Source: an uncultured Methylomirabilota bacterium (GTDB taxonomy: Bacteria; Methylomirabilota; Methylomirabilia; Methylomirabilales; 2-02-FULL-66-22). From it: 64,000 nucleotides of DNA. The position numbers and the translations under genes were made by a program. The stretch is from the NCBI GenBank assembly GCA_963845565.1, contig CAWJSJ010000005.1, positions 480,001 through 544,000 on the forward strand, given 5' to 3'. A model generated the notes under the pieces. It had not been told where the DNA came from. It did not search any database and saw only the letters and a program-made list of their open reading frames with translations. The first letter of the stretch is position 1, and every line of letters begins with the position of its first letter. Below, piece by piece: positions 8,543-18,147 of this stretch.

Positions 8543-10303
8543 ATGACGGACGGCAGGGTGTCGGCATTCGGAGGAACGGCACGGGGGCGGTCCGCCGTGG
8601 GCGGACTCGCCCCTTGGTGCTTTCTCGCACCGTACCTCTTGGTCTTCCTGGGATTCTTCCTCCTTCCTGCGCTCTGGAGCGCCGTCGTCAGCCTCACCGA
8701 CTGGAAGATCGTCGGGACCCCACGCTTCGTCGGACTCAAGAACTACGCCCGCCTGTTCGGCGACCCGCTCTTCTTCACCGCGCTCAAGAACACGCTGGTC
8801 TACACGGTCGTCATCGTCCCGTTGACGGCCCTGGTCGGCTTGGGCCTGGCGCTCTTGCTCAACCAGCCCTTGCGGGGGCGCGTGGCGACACGGACGGCGG
8901 TGTTCGCCTCGTATGTGGTGATGGTCTCCGTGGTCGGGATCATCTGGCGGTGGGTACTCGATCCCACCGGGGCGGGCATCGTCAACTACTATCTGGGGAA
9001 ACTCGGCGTCGGGGCCTTGCCGTGGCTGGCGGCGCCCGAGACCGCCATGCTCTCCATCATCATCGCGACCATGTGGTGGACGGCCGGCTACAACATGGTG
9101 ATGTACCTGGCGGGCCTGCAGGACATCCCGGAGACGGTGCGCGAGGCGGCCCACATCGACGGCGCCAGCCCCTGGCAGGAGTTCCGCCACGTGACGCTCC
9201 CCATGCTGCGGCCCGTCACCTTTTTCGTGGTGGTGATGTCCATCGCCAAATCGTTCCAGGTCTTCGGTCAGGTGTTCGTGATGACCCAAGGTGGGCCGAG
9301 CAACAGCACGCTCACGATCGTGCAGTACCTGTATGTGGTCGGCTTCACATGGTTCGAGATGGGGTACGCGGCAGCCATCGCCTACGCGCTTTTTGCCCTC
9401 CTGCTCGTCGTCACCATCGTGCAATTCCGAATGGCCACGCGGGAGAGGGGCAGCGCGGGCTTCGTCCGGGCGGGTTTTGCGTGCCGCTTGGGACTGTATG
9501 CCCTGATGGGTCTGGTGCTGGTGGTCTGGGTGGCGCCCCTCCTCTGGATGCTCTCGACCTCGCTCAAGCCGGAAGGGCAGATCCTCAGCCTGGTGCCGCG
9601 CTGGATTCCGCAGACGTTCACGCTCGAAAACTATCGGGAGGTGCTGGACAAGTTCCGGCTGGTGGCGTGGGGCGTGAACAGCCTGGTGGTGGCGGCTGGC
9701 GCGACGATCCTTGGGCTGGCAGTCAGCGTCCCGGCAGCCTACGCCTTCGCCCGGATGCGTTTCCGGGGACAAGATTGGATCTTCCTCTTGATTCTCTCGA
9801 CCGTCCTGGTGCCGGTGCACATCACCATCGTTCCACTCTTCATCGGGCTCGCGAAGCTGAGGCTGACCGACACCTATTTCAGCCTGATCATGCCCACGGT
9901 GGCGAACGGATTCGGCGTGTTTCTCCTGCGGCAGTTCTTTCAGGGGATCCCGCAGGAGCTGGAGGAGGCGGCCACCATCGACGGGGCCAGCCGTCTCGGG
10001 ATTCTGGTGCGCGTGGTGCTTCCGATCTCCCGACCGGCGCTCACGGCGGTGGCGATCTTCCTGTTTATCCTGTCGTGGAACGACTTCATGTGGCCCCTGA
10101 TCGTGACCAATTCTGATGCCACCCGCACGCTCCCCGTGGGGTTGGCCGCCTCGCTGGCGGGCACCGTGGGCGGGGGAGCGATCGCCTACTATGGGGTCAG
10201 CATGGCCGGATCGGTGTTGGCCACCTTGCCGGCACTTCTCATCTTCCTTCTGCTGCAGCGGTATTTCGTCCAGGGGATCGCCCTGACCGGCTTGAAGGGG
10301 TAG
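8543..10303 (+). CDS. Fused carbohydrate ABC permease (MalF-like + MalG-like in one ORF)
   Basis: Two EAA loops: EAAHIDGASPWQ and EAATIDGASRLG; FVGLKNY and SWNDFMWPL motifs; no internal stop. Confidence 0.88.
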   Translation: MTDGRVSAFGGTARGRSAVGGLAPWCFLAPYLLVFLGFFLLPALWSAVVSLTDWKIVGTPRFVGLKNYARLFGDPLFFTALKNTLVYTVVIVPLTALVGLGLALLLNQPLRGRVATRTAVFASYVVMVSVVGIIWRWVLDPTGAGIVNYYLGKLGVGALPWLAAPETAMLSIIIATMWWTAGYNMVMYLAGLQDIPETVREAAHIDGASPWQEFRHVTLPMLRPVTFFVVVMSIAKSFQVFGQVFVMTQGGPSNSTLTIVQYLYVVGFTWFEMGYAAAIAYALFALLLVVTIVQFRMATRERGSAGFVRAGFACRLGLYALMGLVLVVWVAPLLWMLSTSLKPEGQILSLVPRWIPQTFTLENYREVLDKFRLVAWGVNSLVVAAGATILGLAVSVPAAYAFARMRFRGQDWIFLLILSTVLVPVHITIVPLFIGLAKLRLTDTYFSLIMPTVANGFGVFLLRQFFQGIPQELEEAATIDGASRLGILVRVVLPISRPALTAVAIFLFILSWNDFMWPLIVTNSDATRTLPVGLAASLAGTVGGGAIAYYGVSMAGSVLATLPALLIFLLLQRYFVQGIALTGLKG

Positions 10304-10396
10304 ACGCCCCGCGGTCCGGGGCCGATCGCAGACCGAACCGCCAACCCCCGCGGTGGTCGGGGTGGAGGGGCGGGAAGACCAAGGGAGGGTGCCCGG

Positions 10397-11422
10397 ATGC
10401 CACTGGCGCAACCCATCTTTCTGTCGAATCCTGTCGCACCCTCGTGCCACGCGGCGACGATCGTCGAGGCTGCGCCGGGACGGTTCCTGGCGGCCTGGTT
10501 TGCCGGGACGTATGAAGGCCACCCGGATGTCGCCATCTGGCTGGCGCGCTGCGAACGTGACGGCTGGTCCGAGCCGGCCACGGTTGCGGACGAGCCCGGC
10601 GTCTCCCACTACAACCCCCTGCTGTTCCGGGAGAGCGCGGGGACTCTCTGGCTCTTTTACAAGATCGGGGTTTCGGTCCCCACCTGGACGGGCATGTACC
10701 GGCAGTCCGCCGACGATGGCCGCTCCTGGTCCCCGCCCGTGATGCTGCCGGCGGGGTTGATCGGGCCGGCCAAGAACAAACCGATCACGCTGGGTAACGG
10801 CGACATTCTCTGCGGGACCTCCCACGAGACCTGGGGGTCGTGGGCCTGCTGGGTGGAGGCGAGTGCGGATGGGGGGCGTGGGTGGACCAAGCACGGGCCC
10901 ATCGTCGCGCCAGGGGCGGGACAGTACGAGGGCGGGCGGGAAACGGTTGTGAGCGCCGTCTGGGACGAGGCCGCTGGACACCTGGTACTGCCGAAGCATT
11001 TTTCCGGCGTCATCCAGCCCACGCTCTGGGAGTTCGCACCGGGCCGCGTGAAGATGCTGATGCGATCCACGCAGCGGGTCGGGTGCGTCTGTGCGTCGAC
11101 GTCCGACGATCACGGCCGCACGTGGTCGCCGGTGGAGCGGACATCCATCCCCAACCCCAACAGCGGACTGGATGCGGTTCGCTTGCGGGATGGGCGGATC
11201 GTGTTGGTTTGTAATCCGGTCCGGGACGGTCGGACACCGCTGGCCGTGCTTGTCTCGGATGACAACGGCGCCACCTGGCCGCGACGGGTGGACCTGGAGA
11301 CGGCCCCCGGGGAGTATTCCTACCCATCGGTCATCCAGGCCGACGACGGGCGGGTCCACGTGGTCGCCACACACCAGCGGGTGCGGATCTTCCACTACGT
11401 CCTCGAATCCGACGAACTGTAG
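10397..11422 (+). CDS. Sialidase-like BNR/Asp-box beta-propeller (BNR_2), cytoplasmic
   Basis: Four Asp boxes (SADDGRSWS, SADGGRGWT, SDDHGRTWS, SDDNGATW), GPAKNKP, IQPT, NPNSG, EYSYP; no signal peptide. Confidence 0.88.
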   Translation: MPLAQPIFLSNPVAPSCHAATIVEAAPGRFLAAWFAGTYEGHPDVAIWLARCERDGWSEPATVADEPGVSHYNPLLFRESAGTLWLFYKIGVSVPTWTGMYRQSADDGRSWSPPVMLPAGLIGPAKNKPITLGNGDILCGTSHETWGSWACWVEASADGGRGWTKHGPIVAPGAGQYEGGRETVVSAVWDEAAGHLVLPKHFSGVIQPTLWEFAPGRVKMLMRSTQRVGCVCASTSDDHGRTWSPVERTSIPNPNSGLDAVRLRDGRIVLVCNPVRDGRTPLAVLVSDDNGATWPRRVDLETAPGEYSYPSVIQADDGRVHVVATHQRVRIFHYVLESDEL

Positions 11423-11491
11423 CCCTCCGCACAGGTCGCCGCCGTGGAGTGACCCGCCGGTCCGGTTCGGATCGAGCGCGGGCGGTGGGGC

Positions 11492-12340
11492 TTATCCTCG
11501 CATAGCGAGGACCAGCAAGATCAGCCCGAAGGCGACGACGACGGAGGCGAGGATGCGGCGGGTGCCGTACGCTTCCTTCAGCACCCGCCATCCGAGAAGT
11601 GACGCCAGGATGACCGAGACTTCGCGCAGCGCAGCGATGTAGGTCACCTGGGTGAGGCGCATTGCCATCAGGACCAGGAGATAGGCGGTGACGCTCAGCA
11701 GTCCGCCGACCACGGAGATTCTCCAGCGCCGTCGCCAGAGGTCCGCCAGGCGTCGCGGGTCGCGCCGCCAGAGCACGAACGGCGTCATGCAGGCGCCGTT
11801 GAGCCCCATGAGGACGATGATATAGGCCAGCGGGTTCGACCGGGTCACGCCTGCCTTGTCCACGATGGAATAGGAGCAGATCAAGGCGGCCGTGGCGACG
11901 GCCCATCCCAGAGCCGCACGACTGGCTGCGGCGCGTCGCGCCGACAATCCAAGCCAGGCGATGCCGCCGCCGACCAAGAGGACGCCCAGGATGGCGGGAA
12001 GCGACAGTCGCTCCCCCAGAATCACCGGGGCTCCAACGGCGACGAAGAGTGGCGCCAACCCTCGCGCCACCGGGTACACCACGGAGAGGTCACCGTGGGT
12101 GTAAGCCTGAACCAAGGCAATCATGTAAAAGGTGTGGATCACGGCGCTGCCGGCCAGGAGCGGCCAGACGTCTCGCGAGGGAAGGCCGGTGACGAAGAGC
12201 GCCGGGGCGAGGAGGACGGCGGGCGTGACCACCGTCAGCCAGCCGGAAAAGAGCTTGTCGTCTTCGCTCTTGACGATCAGATTCCAACTGGCGTGGAGGC
12301 CGGCGGACAGCAGGACGAGGCTGAGCGGAAGGAGCCACAT
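11492..12340 (-). CDS. DMT/EamA family transporter
   Basis: HASWN, GDLSVVYPVARG, AALREVS motifs; ~10 TM. Confidence 0.88.
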   Translation of the reverse strand: MWLLPLSLVLLSAGLHASWNLIVKSEDDKLFSGWLTVVTPAVLLAPALFVTGLPSRDVWPLLAGSAVIHTFYMIALVQAYTHGDLSVVYPVARGLAPLFVAVGAPVILGERLSLPAILGVLLVGGGIAWLGLSARRAAASRAALGWAVATAALICSYSIVDKAGVTRSNPLAYIIVLMGLNGACMTPFVLWRRDPRRLADLWRRRWRISVVGGLLSVTAYLLVLMAMRLTQVTYIAALREVSVILASLLGWRVLKEAYGTRRILASVVVAFGLILLVLAMRG

Positions 12341-12499
12341 AATCGGCGATTCGTGATTCCGAGACGTGCAAATCTTGGGGAGTCGGACGGCGACACGGAC
12401 GGCGCTCCGCGATCCGCGGATCTCCCATGTCACCCAACGCGACGGTCTGCATATCACGCCGCGGTCCGACGGGACAAGACAATTCGGACCGGGCGACGA

Positions 12500-13750
12500 T
12501 CACACGACGTCGGGCTCGTCGGGTCCCTCCCGGAGGTGATCCTTGCAGATCTCCCGCAGGAGCGCCGTGGCATAGCAGCCCGGGGGGAGCGTGAAGCCGA
12601 GTTCGAGATAGGAGCCGCGGTCATCCTCCCCCGCCGCGAGGTCGAGGCCCTCGGGTTGAAAGCGCAGCGGGCGACGGCCTCCAACGCACGTCAGGGGTCC
12701 GGTGCGGGGTAGCCCTTCGAGGGCGCATCCGGCGTCGGCAAAAACTCGCTGCTCCGTCGCCCCTGCCTCGCCCTGAGGGTGCGACATGGTGACGCCGATC
12801 ATGGGGCCCGTGGGCGAGATCTCAAACCGAGTCGCCTGGAGTTGCGCGGCCGCCATGTCGGCTACGGGGGCACACTGGCCGGTCCGGTGCCAGAAGGCGA
12901 TCTCACCGGACAGGCACCGATCCAGATCGGCTACCCGTGCGGCGAGTACACGATTGAAGAGCCACGACTGGTAGGCCGACACATAGAAACCCAATACCGA
13001 CCGGTCCAGACCGAAGAGAGCCCGCCGAAGGTCGCCTCCGGTCCGGTGCAACAACCGGCACAACCGGGCGCAATCCGCGAACCCGCTCGGCCAGGCGCTC
13101 GCGGCCTCTCGGTACCGTCCTGCCGCGGTCAATCCGCGAGCCCGGCGGACCGGCACGGAATCGTCCGACATCGGCCGTCCGGCGATCAGCGCCACGGCGG
13201 CCGTGAAGTCGCCGCCCAGCAAGGCGCGGCCTACCTCCCACGTGTCGCCTCGCATGCCGAAGCGCTGAGGGCCGAAGTAATTCGGCACGCCGCGCCGCGC
13301 GAGCACCTCCAGCACTTGCCGCACCTCCCCAACCCGGGCCGCCGACACCTCGCGCAGGCGAACCCTGAATCGATTCCCGCGTAACGCGCCGGGCCGCAGC
13401 TTGGCGCGATGGCGGGCGACGTCCAGAACCCGGAGGTGCAGGAGGTCGAGGGCTTGGACGCGGGACGGCTCGACGCCTTCGATGCTGAGGACCTGCCGCG
13501 TGATGCCGTGCGCGTCCTTCTGGCCGGCCACGCCGATCGCGGTGGGGGACACATCGAGCGTGCGGGCGATCTCCAGGACGGCGCGCCTGGTCGTCATGCC
13601 CACCTTCTCGACCCAGGCGTAGACATGGTCCCCGCTGCCGCAGGGGTCGTACAGGGGGACCTCTTCGACGACGAAGTCCTCGTCGTGCCGCTTGATCCCG
13701 GCGGAGACGGGAGCGATGTCCGCGGTCAGATAGGGCCAAGCCGGGGCCAC
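12500..13750 (-). CDS. truD: tRNA pseudouridine(13) synthase TruD
   Basis: EDFVVEE, AGQKDAHGITRQ (catalytic Asp), LRGNRF, PNYFGPQRFG, SAYQSWLFN, FTLPPGCYAT. Confidence 0.93.
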   Translation of the reverse strand: MAPAWPYLTADIAPVSAGIKRHDEDFVVEEVPLYDPCGSGDHVYAWVEKVGMTTRRAVLEIARTLDVSPTAIGVAGQKDAHGITRQVLSIEGVEPSRVQALDLLHLRVLDVARHRAKLRPGALRGNRFRVRLREVSAARVGEVRQVLEVLARRGVPNYFGPQRFGMRGDTWEVGRALLGGDFTAAVALIAGRPMSDDSVPVRRARGLTAAGRYREAASAWPSGFADCARLCRLLHRTGGDLRRALFGLDRSVLGFYVSAYQSWLFNRVLAARVADLDRCLSGEIAFWHRTGQCAPVADMAAAQLQATRFEISPTGPMIGVTMSHPQGEAGATEQRVFADAGCALEGLPRTGPLTCVGGRRPLRFQPEGLDLAAGEDDRGSYLELGFTLPPGCYATALLREICKDHLREGPDEPDVV

Positions 13751-13893
13751 TCGAGTTCCTCCAGAGGCGTGGTCTCCTGCTATATTGCCAGGGGTGGCCG
13801 GAAGCGCCAATGGATATTTCCGGCCTCGCCGCGGCGGGAGGCGATCTCGTCGGATCCCGGAATGGCGCGCCCGGTCGCCTCGCCAGAATGTGC

Positions 13894-13938
13894 TTGACGC
13901 CCCGCCCGGGTGTGCGCTAAAAGTCGACTGTCGACAAT
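13894..13938 (+). promoter_or_regulatory. Putative sigma70 promoter with adjacent GntR-type operator
   Basis: TTGACG-18-TAAAAG followed by GTCGACTGTCGACAAT upstream of the gntR gene. Confidence 0.5.
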
Positions 13939-13943
13939 CCACG

Positions 13944-14050
13944 CCAAGCCGTTGTTAAAGAATGACTCGACCGGAGAAATTCCGGAAACGGCATAAGGAG
14001 CCGTAACGACATTACCACAAATGAACACGTTATCTCGTAACGGCTCCTAA
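13944..14050 (-). repeat. Dispersed double-hairpin repeat, copy B
   Basis: Reverse complement reads TTAG-GAGCCGTTACGAGAT-N19-ATGTCGTTACGGCTCCTTATGCCGTTTCCGG...AACAACGGCTTGG. Confidence 0.9.
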
Positions 14051-14084
14051 CGAATCACGCTCGACGCGGAACATCGGAAGACCC

Positions 14085-14909
14085 ATGGCCGTTCCCAGAC
14101 GCACAGCCACCCCGCACGCCGCCCGCCCGCTCCAGGGGACGTCTCCGATCGCGTTCCGCACGATCGCCGAGCAGATCGCCGGCTCCATCCGCGAGGCGAT
14201 CGCCCAGGGCCGTATCGCGCCCGCCGCCCGGCTGCTGGAGGCGTCTCTGGCGCGGGAGATGGGGACCAGCCGCGCTCCGGTGCGCGAGGCCCTCAGCCAG
14301 CTGGAACGCGAGGGGCTCGTGATCAAGGAGCCGAATCGGGGCGCGCGGGTCGTCGAGCTCACGGAGGAGACGGTGCGCGAGGTGGCGAGCCTGCGGGGCC
14401 TCCTCGAGGGCTTTGGCGCCTCGCTGGCGGCCGAGCGGCTGACCGCGGAACAGTTCACGGCCCTGGAGGCCATGGTGAAGGGAATGGAGCGGGCGGTGCA
14501 GACGGCCGAGTACGCGCAGTTGGTCGAGCTGGACTATCAGTTCCACGACTTCATCTGCCGGGCCTCCGGCCATCGCACGCTATACGAGACCTGGTCGACG
14601 ATCTCCGGAAAGGTGCGCCTGTACCTTTCGACCACCAACCTCATGTATCGCAATCTGAAACTCGTTGCGCGCGGCCACGGTGAGATCGTGGCCGCACTGC
14701 GATCCCGGGACGCGTTGCGGGCAAGCCGGGTCATTCAGGAGCACCTGGGGGAGATGCTGAACGACTTCGTCGCGAAGGGGAAGCGGCCGGGTCGGCGACC
14801 ACGGTTGATGGGAGACTCGGAGACGTTTCGGGCATCCAGGCGCGCGAGGCGCCTGGCGGTGGCGCGCCTCGGGCGCGCAGGAACCGCGCGGACCAAGGAG
14901 ACCAGGTAG
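14085..14909 (+). CDS. GntR family (FCD) transcriptional regulator
   Basis: wHTH SRAPVREALSQLEREGLV; FCD LDYQFH...SGH...H...EHL. Confidence 0.92.
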   Translation: MAVPRRTATPHAARPLQGTSPIAFRTIAEQIAGSIREAIAQGRIAPAARLLEASLAREMGTSRAPVREALSQLEREGLVIKEPNRGARVVELTEETVREVASLRGLLEGFGASLAAERLTAEQFTALEAMVKGMERAVQTAEYAQLVELDYQFHDFICRASGHRTLYETWSTISGKVRLYLSTTNLMYRNLKLVARGHGEIVAALRSRDALRASRVIQEHLGEMLNDFVAKGKRPGRRPRLMGDSETFRASRRARRLAVARLGRAGTARTKETR

Positions 14910-14974
14910 AGGCGGCAGCGCTCTATAACCCGGCGTCGCGACTCGACGCCACCACACACAAAGGAGGAGGGACC

Positions 14975-15802
14975 ATGCGCTCACGGCGATTGTGGTTGGG
15001 TTTGTTGGTGGGGGCGTTCGTGGCCAGCCTGGGTTTTCCCCTGCTCGGCCAGGCAGGCGAGGCCGGTCCCCAGATGCAGGACACCCTGAATGCGGTCGTG
15101 AAGAAAGGTGAGGTGGTGGTCGGAACCTTTGATTTCTACCCACCCTGGGGATTCCGGGATGCGCAGAACAACATCGTCGGGATGGATGTGGACATCGCGA
15201 AGGAATTGGCGAGCGATGACGTGTTGAAGGTGAAACTGACCCTGGTCCCGGTGCCGACGACGCAGGACCGGATCAACTTCCTCCTCTCGGGCAAGATCGA
15301 CGTCGCGATTTCCAACTTCACGGCGACCCTGCCGCGGTCCAAGGCCATCACCTTCACCGACCCGTATGTGATCGACGGCGTCGGCGTCATCTATCGAAAG
15401 GAACTCAAGATCGCGGACTGGAAGGACCTGAACGGGAAGCGCGTGGCGGTGACGACGGGGTCGACCGGAGAGATCCTGCTCAAGAAGCAGGCGCCTCAGG
15501 CCAAGCTCCTGCAGTTCGATCAAGCGTCGACAGCGCTCCTGGCCGTCCAGCAGAACAAGGCGGACGCGCAGATCGAGGACTACACCTATACGGTATTCCA
15601 TGCGGGGCGGGACAAGAATTTGGCCTTCCTGAACAAGCCCCTGGATTTTCAGCCCTACTGTTTCGGCGTCCGCAAGTTCGATCAGGAGTGGCTCAACTAC
15701 ATGAACTTCTTCATCTACCGGCTGCAGCAGAGCGGCAAGATGAAGGAGCTGTACAAGAAGTGGTTTGCCGCCGAACCGTTCCCAGTGTCCCCGCGCTGGT
15801 AG
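14975..15802 (+). CDS. Polar amino-acid ABC transporter substrate-binding protein
   Basis: Signal peptide; YPPWGF, GMDVDIAK, FTDPY, YKKWF motifs. Confidence 0.92.
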   Translation: MRSRRLWLGLLVGAFVASLGFPLLGQAGEAGPQMQDTLNAVVKKGEVVVGTFDFYPPWGFRDAQNNIVGMDVDIAKELASDDVLKVKLTLVPVPTTQDRINFLLSGKIDVAISNFTATLPRSKAITFTDPYVIDGVGVIYRKELKIADWKDLNGKRVAVTTGSTGEILLKKQAPQAKLLQFDQASTALLAVQQNKADAQIEDYTYTVFHAGRDKNLAFLNKPLDFQPYCFGVRKFDQEWLNYMNFFIYRLQQSGKMKELYKKWFAAEPFPVSPRW

Positions 15803-15903
15803 GTTGTTGTTCAAGAGTCGCTTGACCGGAGAAATTTCGATCACGGCATAAGGCGCCGTAACGAAATCATAAAAATGGGGAAGCTATTTCGTAACGGCTC
15901 CTA
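15800..15903 (-). repeat. Dispersed double-hairpin repeat, copy C (most diverged)
   Basis: Reverse complement GTAG-GAGCCGTTACGAAAT-N18-ATTTCGTTACGGCGCCTTATGCCGTG...; end overlaps the SBP stop TAG. Confidence 0.85.
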
Positions 15904-15992
15904 CGCGGACTGACGGTCGGTGCCCCCTGTCCGCTAGCGGGCGGGCGGCACCGACCGCTTCGTGGGGTGGTGGTCCCGGAGGCAGACAGCCC

Positions 15993-16661
15993 ATGCGCGG
16001 GTACGTCTTTCAATTTCGCGAGGTCTTCCAGGAGTTGCCCATGCTCCTGGACGGGGCTGTCACGACCCTGCACATCTCGATCCTGACACTGCTCTTCAGT
16101 CTCATCGTGGGTACCATCGGCGCCCTCTGCCGCATGTCGCGCCTGCGGTGGGTCCGCGTGCCGGCGACGTGGTATGTGGAAGTGATCCGCAACACGCCCC
16201 TCTTGGTCCAGCTCTTCTTCATCTATTTCGGGTTCAGTCAGATCAACATCGACGTGACGAACTACACGGCGGGACTCGCCGGGCTGGTGTTGAACAACGG
16301 GGCGTATCTCACCGAGATCGTCCGGGCGGGCATCCAGGCGATCCACAAAGGACAGTTCGAGGCCGGCTACTCTCTGGGATTGAGCTTCCCGCAGCTGATG
16401 CGGTACGTCGTCTTCCCGCAGGCGTTTCGCGTGGTGTATCCGCCCATGTGCAATCAATTCATCGGCATCATCCTGTGGTCGTCCCTGCTCTCCACGATCT
16501 CCGTCCACGACCTGGCCCTGCGGGGGAAGGAGTTGGCCTCGACCACCTTCCGGTCGTTCGAGACGTATGCGGTGGTCACACTGATCTATGTCGTCATGAC
16601 GCTGACGATCTCGGCCACACTCAAACTGATCGGGTACCGGCTGTTCCGCCGGCCGGCGTAA
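15993..16661 (+). CDS. Polar amino-acid ABC permease
   Basis: [30 protein letters not shown]. Confidence 0.93.
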   Translation: MRGYVFQFREVFQELPMLLDGAVTTLHISILTLLFSLIVGTIGALCRMSRLRWVRVPATWYVEVIRNTPLLVQLFFIYFGFSQINIDVTNYTAGLAGLVLNNGAYLTEIVRAGIQAIHKGQFEAGYSLGLSFPQLMRYVVFPQAFRVVYPPMCNQFIGIILWSSLLSTISVHDLALRGKELASTTFRSFETYAVVTLIYVVMTLTISATLKLIGYRLFRRPA

Positions 16662-16714
16662 GGTCGGAGGATCCTTCCGTCCGCCGGCGCTGAACCGATG
16701 TTCCGAGAACGACG

Positions 16715-17377
16715 ATGCCACAGTACGTCCAGGATCGACTGAACATCTACGACGCCATCCTCTTGCTGCAGGGGTTGGGAAACACGGTACTGCTCTGCGT
16801 GGCGGGGTTGGGCCTAGGGTTGGTCATCGCGCTGTTCGTCGGCCTGGCCCGCGCGTCGGGTTTCCGGTGGCTCTCCTGGCCGGCAGCGCTCTACATCGAG
16901 GTGATTCGCGACTCCCCGTTGCTGATGCAATTGTACTTGGTCTTCTTTGCCCTGCCCCTGATGGGTCTTCAGGTGCCCATCTTCGTGGCCGGGGTGGCCA
17001 CGCTGATGGTCAACGCGAGCGCCTTCATGGCCGAGATCGTGCGGGCCGGTATCCAGGCCATCGGCAAGGATCAGTGGGATGCCGCCCGAGCCTTGGGCAT
17101 GGGATACCTGCCATGCATGCGTCACATCGTGATGCCGCAAGCGGCGCGGGTCATGATCCCTCCAGGCGTGGGGCTGCTCATCGGCCTCATCAAGGATTCG
17201 TCGGTGGTGTCCGTCATCAGCTATATCGAGCTGACCCGCGTCGGGCAGATCCTCACCGAGAAGACGTTTCTCTCGTTTCAGGTCTTCGGCATCGTGGCCG
17301 CCCTCTATTTCCTACTCTGCTACCCCCTGTCCCGGCTGGCGGTGTCTGCGGAACGGAGGTTGAAGGCCGGTGGTTAA
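16715..17377 (+). CDS. Polar amino-acid ABC permease
   Basis: [22 protein letters not shown]. Confidence 0.93.
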   Translation: MPQYVQDRLNIYDAILLLQGLGNTVLLCVAGLGLGLVIALFVGLARASGFRWLSWPAALYIEVIRDSPLLMQLYLVFFALPLMGLQVPIFVAGVATLMVNASAFMAEIVRAGIQAIGKDQWDAARALGMGYLPCMRHIVMPQAARVMIPPGVGLLIGLIKDSSVVSVISYIELTRVGQILTEKTFLSFQVFGIVAALYFLLCYPLSRLAVSAERRLKAGG

Positions 17378-18092
17378 CGTCAAGGGCATCAACAAACATT
17401 TCGGGCACTTGCACGTGCTGAAGGATGTGAGCCTGGACGTCGCCCGGGGCGAGGTCGTCGTGATCATCGGCCCGAGCGGGTCCGGCAAGAGCACCTTGCT
17501 CCGTTGCCTGAACTACCTGGAGCCGGTGCAGTCCGGCGAGATCCGGGTGGACGGGATCCGGCTGGACCATCACAAAACGAACATCCGGAAGGTGCGGGCG
17601 GAAGTGGGGATGGTGTTCCAGTCCTTCAATCTGTTCCCGCATCTCAGTGTGCTGAGAAACGTCATGCTGGCGCCGGTGATCGTGCGGAAGCGGCCCGAGG
17701 CGGAGGTCCGGCGCGAGGCGCTGGCCCTCCTGGCCAAGGTGGGGTTGCAGGACAAGACCGACGTCTACCCGTCGCAGCTTTCCGGCGGGCAGCAGCAGCG
17801 GGTGGCGATCGCCCGGGCGCTCTGCATGCAGCCGAAGCTGATGCTCTTCGACGAGGTGACCTCGGCGCTGGATCCCGAGCTGGTGCGTGAGGTCCTGGAC
17901 GTCATGAAGCAATTGGCGCGGGATGGGATGACGATGATCGTGGTCACCCACGAGATGGGGTTCGCCCGCGAGGTCGCCGACCGCGTCATCTTCATGGACG
18001 AGGGGCGGATCGTCGAACAGGGTACGGCCGAGGACGTCTTCGACCGGCCCCAGAATCAGCGGACGAAAGAGTTCCTGGGGAAGATCCTCTAG
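17370..18092 (+). CDS. Polar amino-acid ABC ATPase (GlnQ-like)
   Basis: [33 protein letters not shown]. Confidence 0.95.
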   Translation: MVNVKGINKHFGHLHVLKDVSLDVARGEVVVIIGPSGSGKSTLLRCLNYLEPVQSGEIRVDGIRLDHHKTNIRKVRAEVGMVFQSFNLFPHLSVLRNVMLAPVIVRKRPEAEVRREALALLAKVGLQDKTDVYPSQLSGGQQQRVAIARALCMQPKLMLFDEVTSALDPELVREVLDVMKQLARDGMTMIVVTHEMGFAREVADRVIFMDEGRIVEQGTAEDVFDRPQNQRTKEFLGKIL

Positions 18093-18147
18093 CGGCGGGT
18101 TGGAGGTGGGGCTCGCGGCCCGGCGAGGGGCCGACAGGAGAACGACG

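Noticed and set aside
8465..11395. 976-aa minus-strand ORF and many similar long antisense or alternate-frame ORFs (e.g. 27897-29909, 46035-47873, 51170-52804)
   Set aside because: Shadow ORFs of real genes in high-GC DNA; no recognisable motifs and complete overlap with well-supported CDSs
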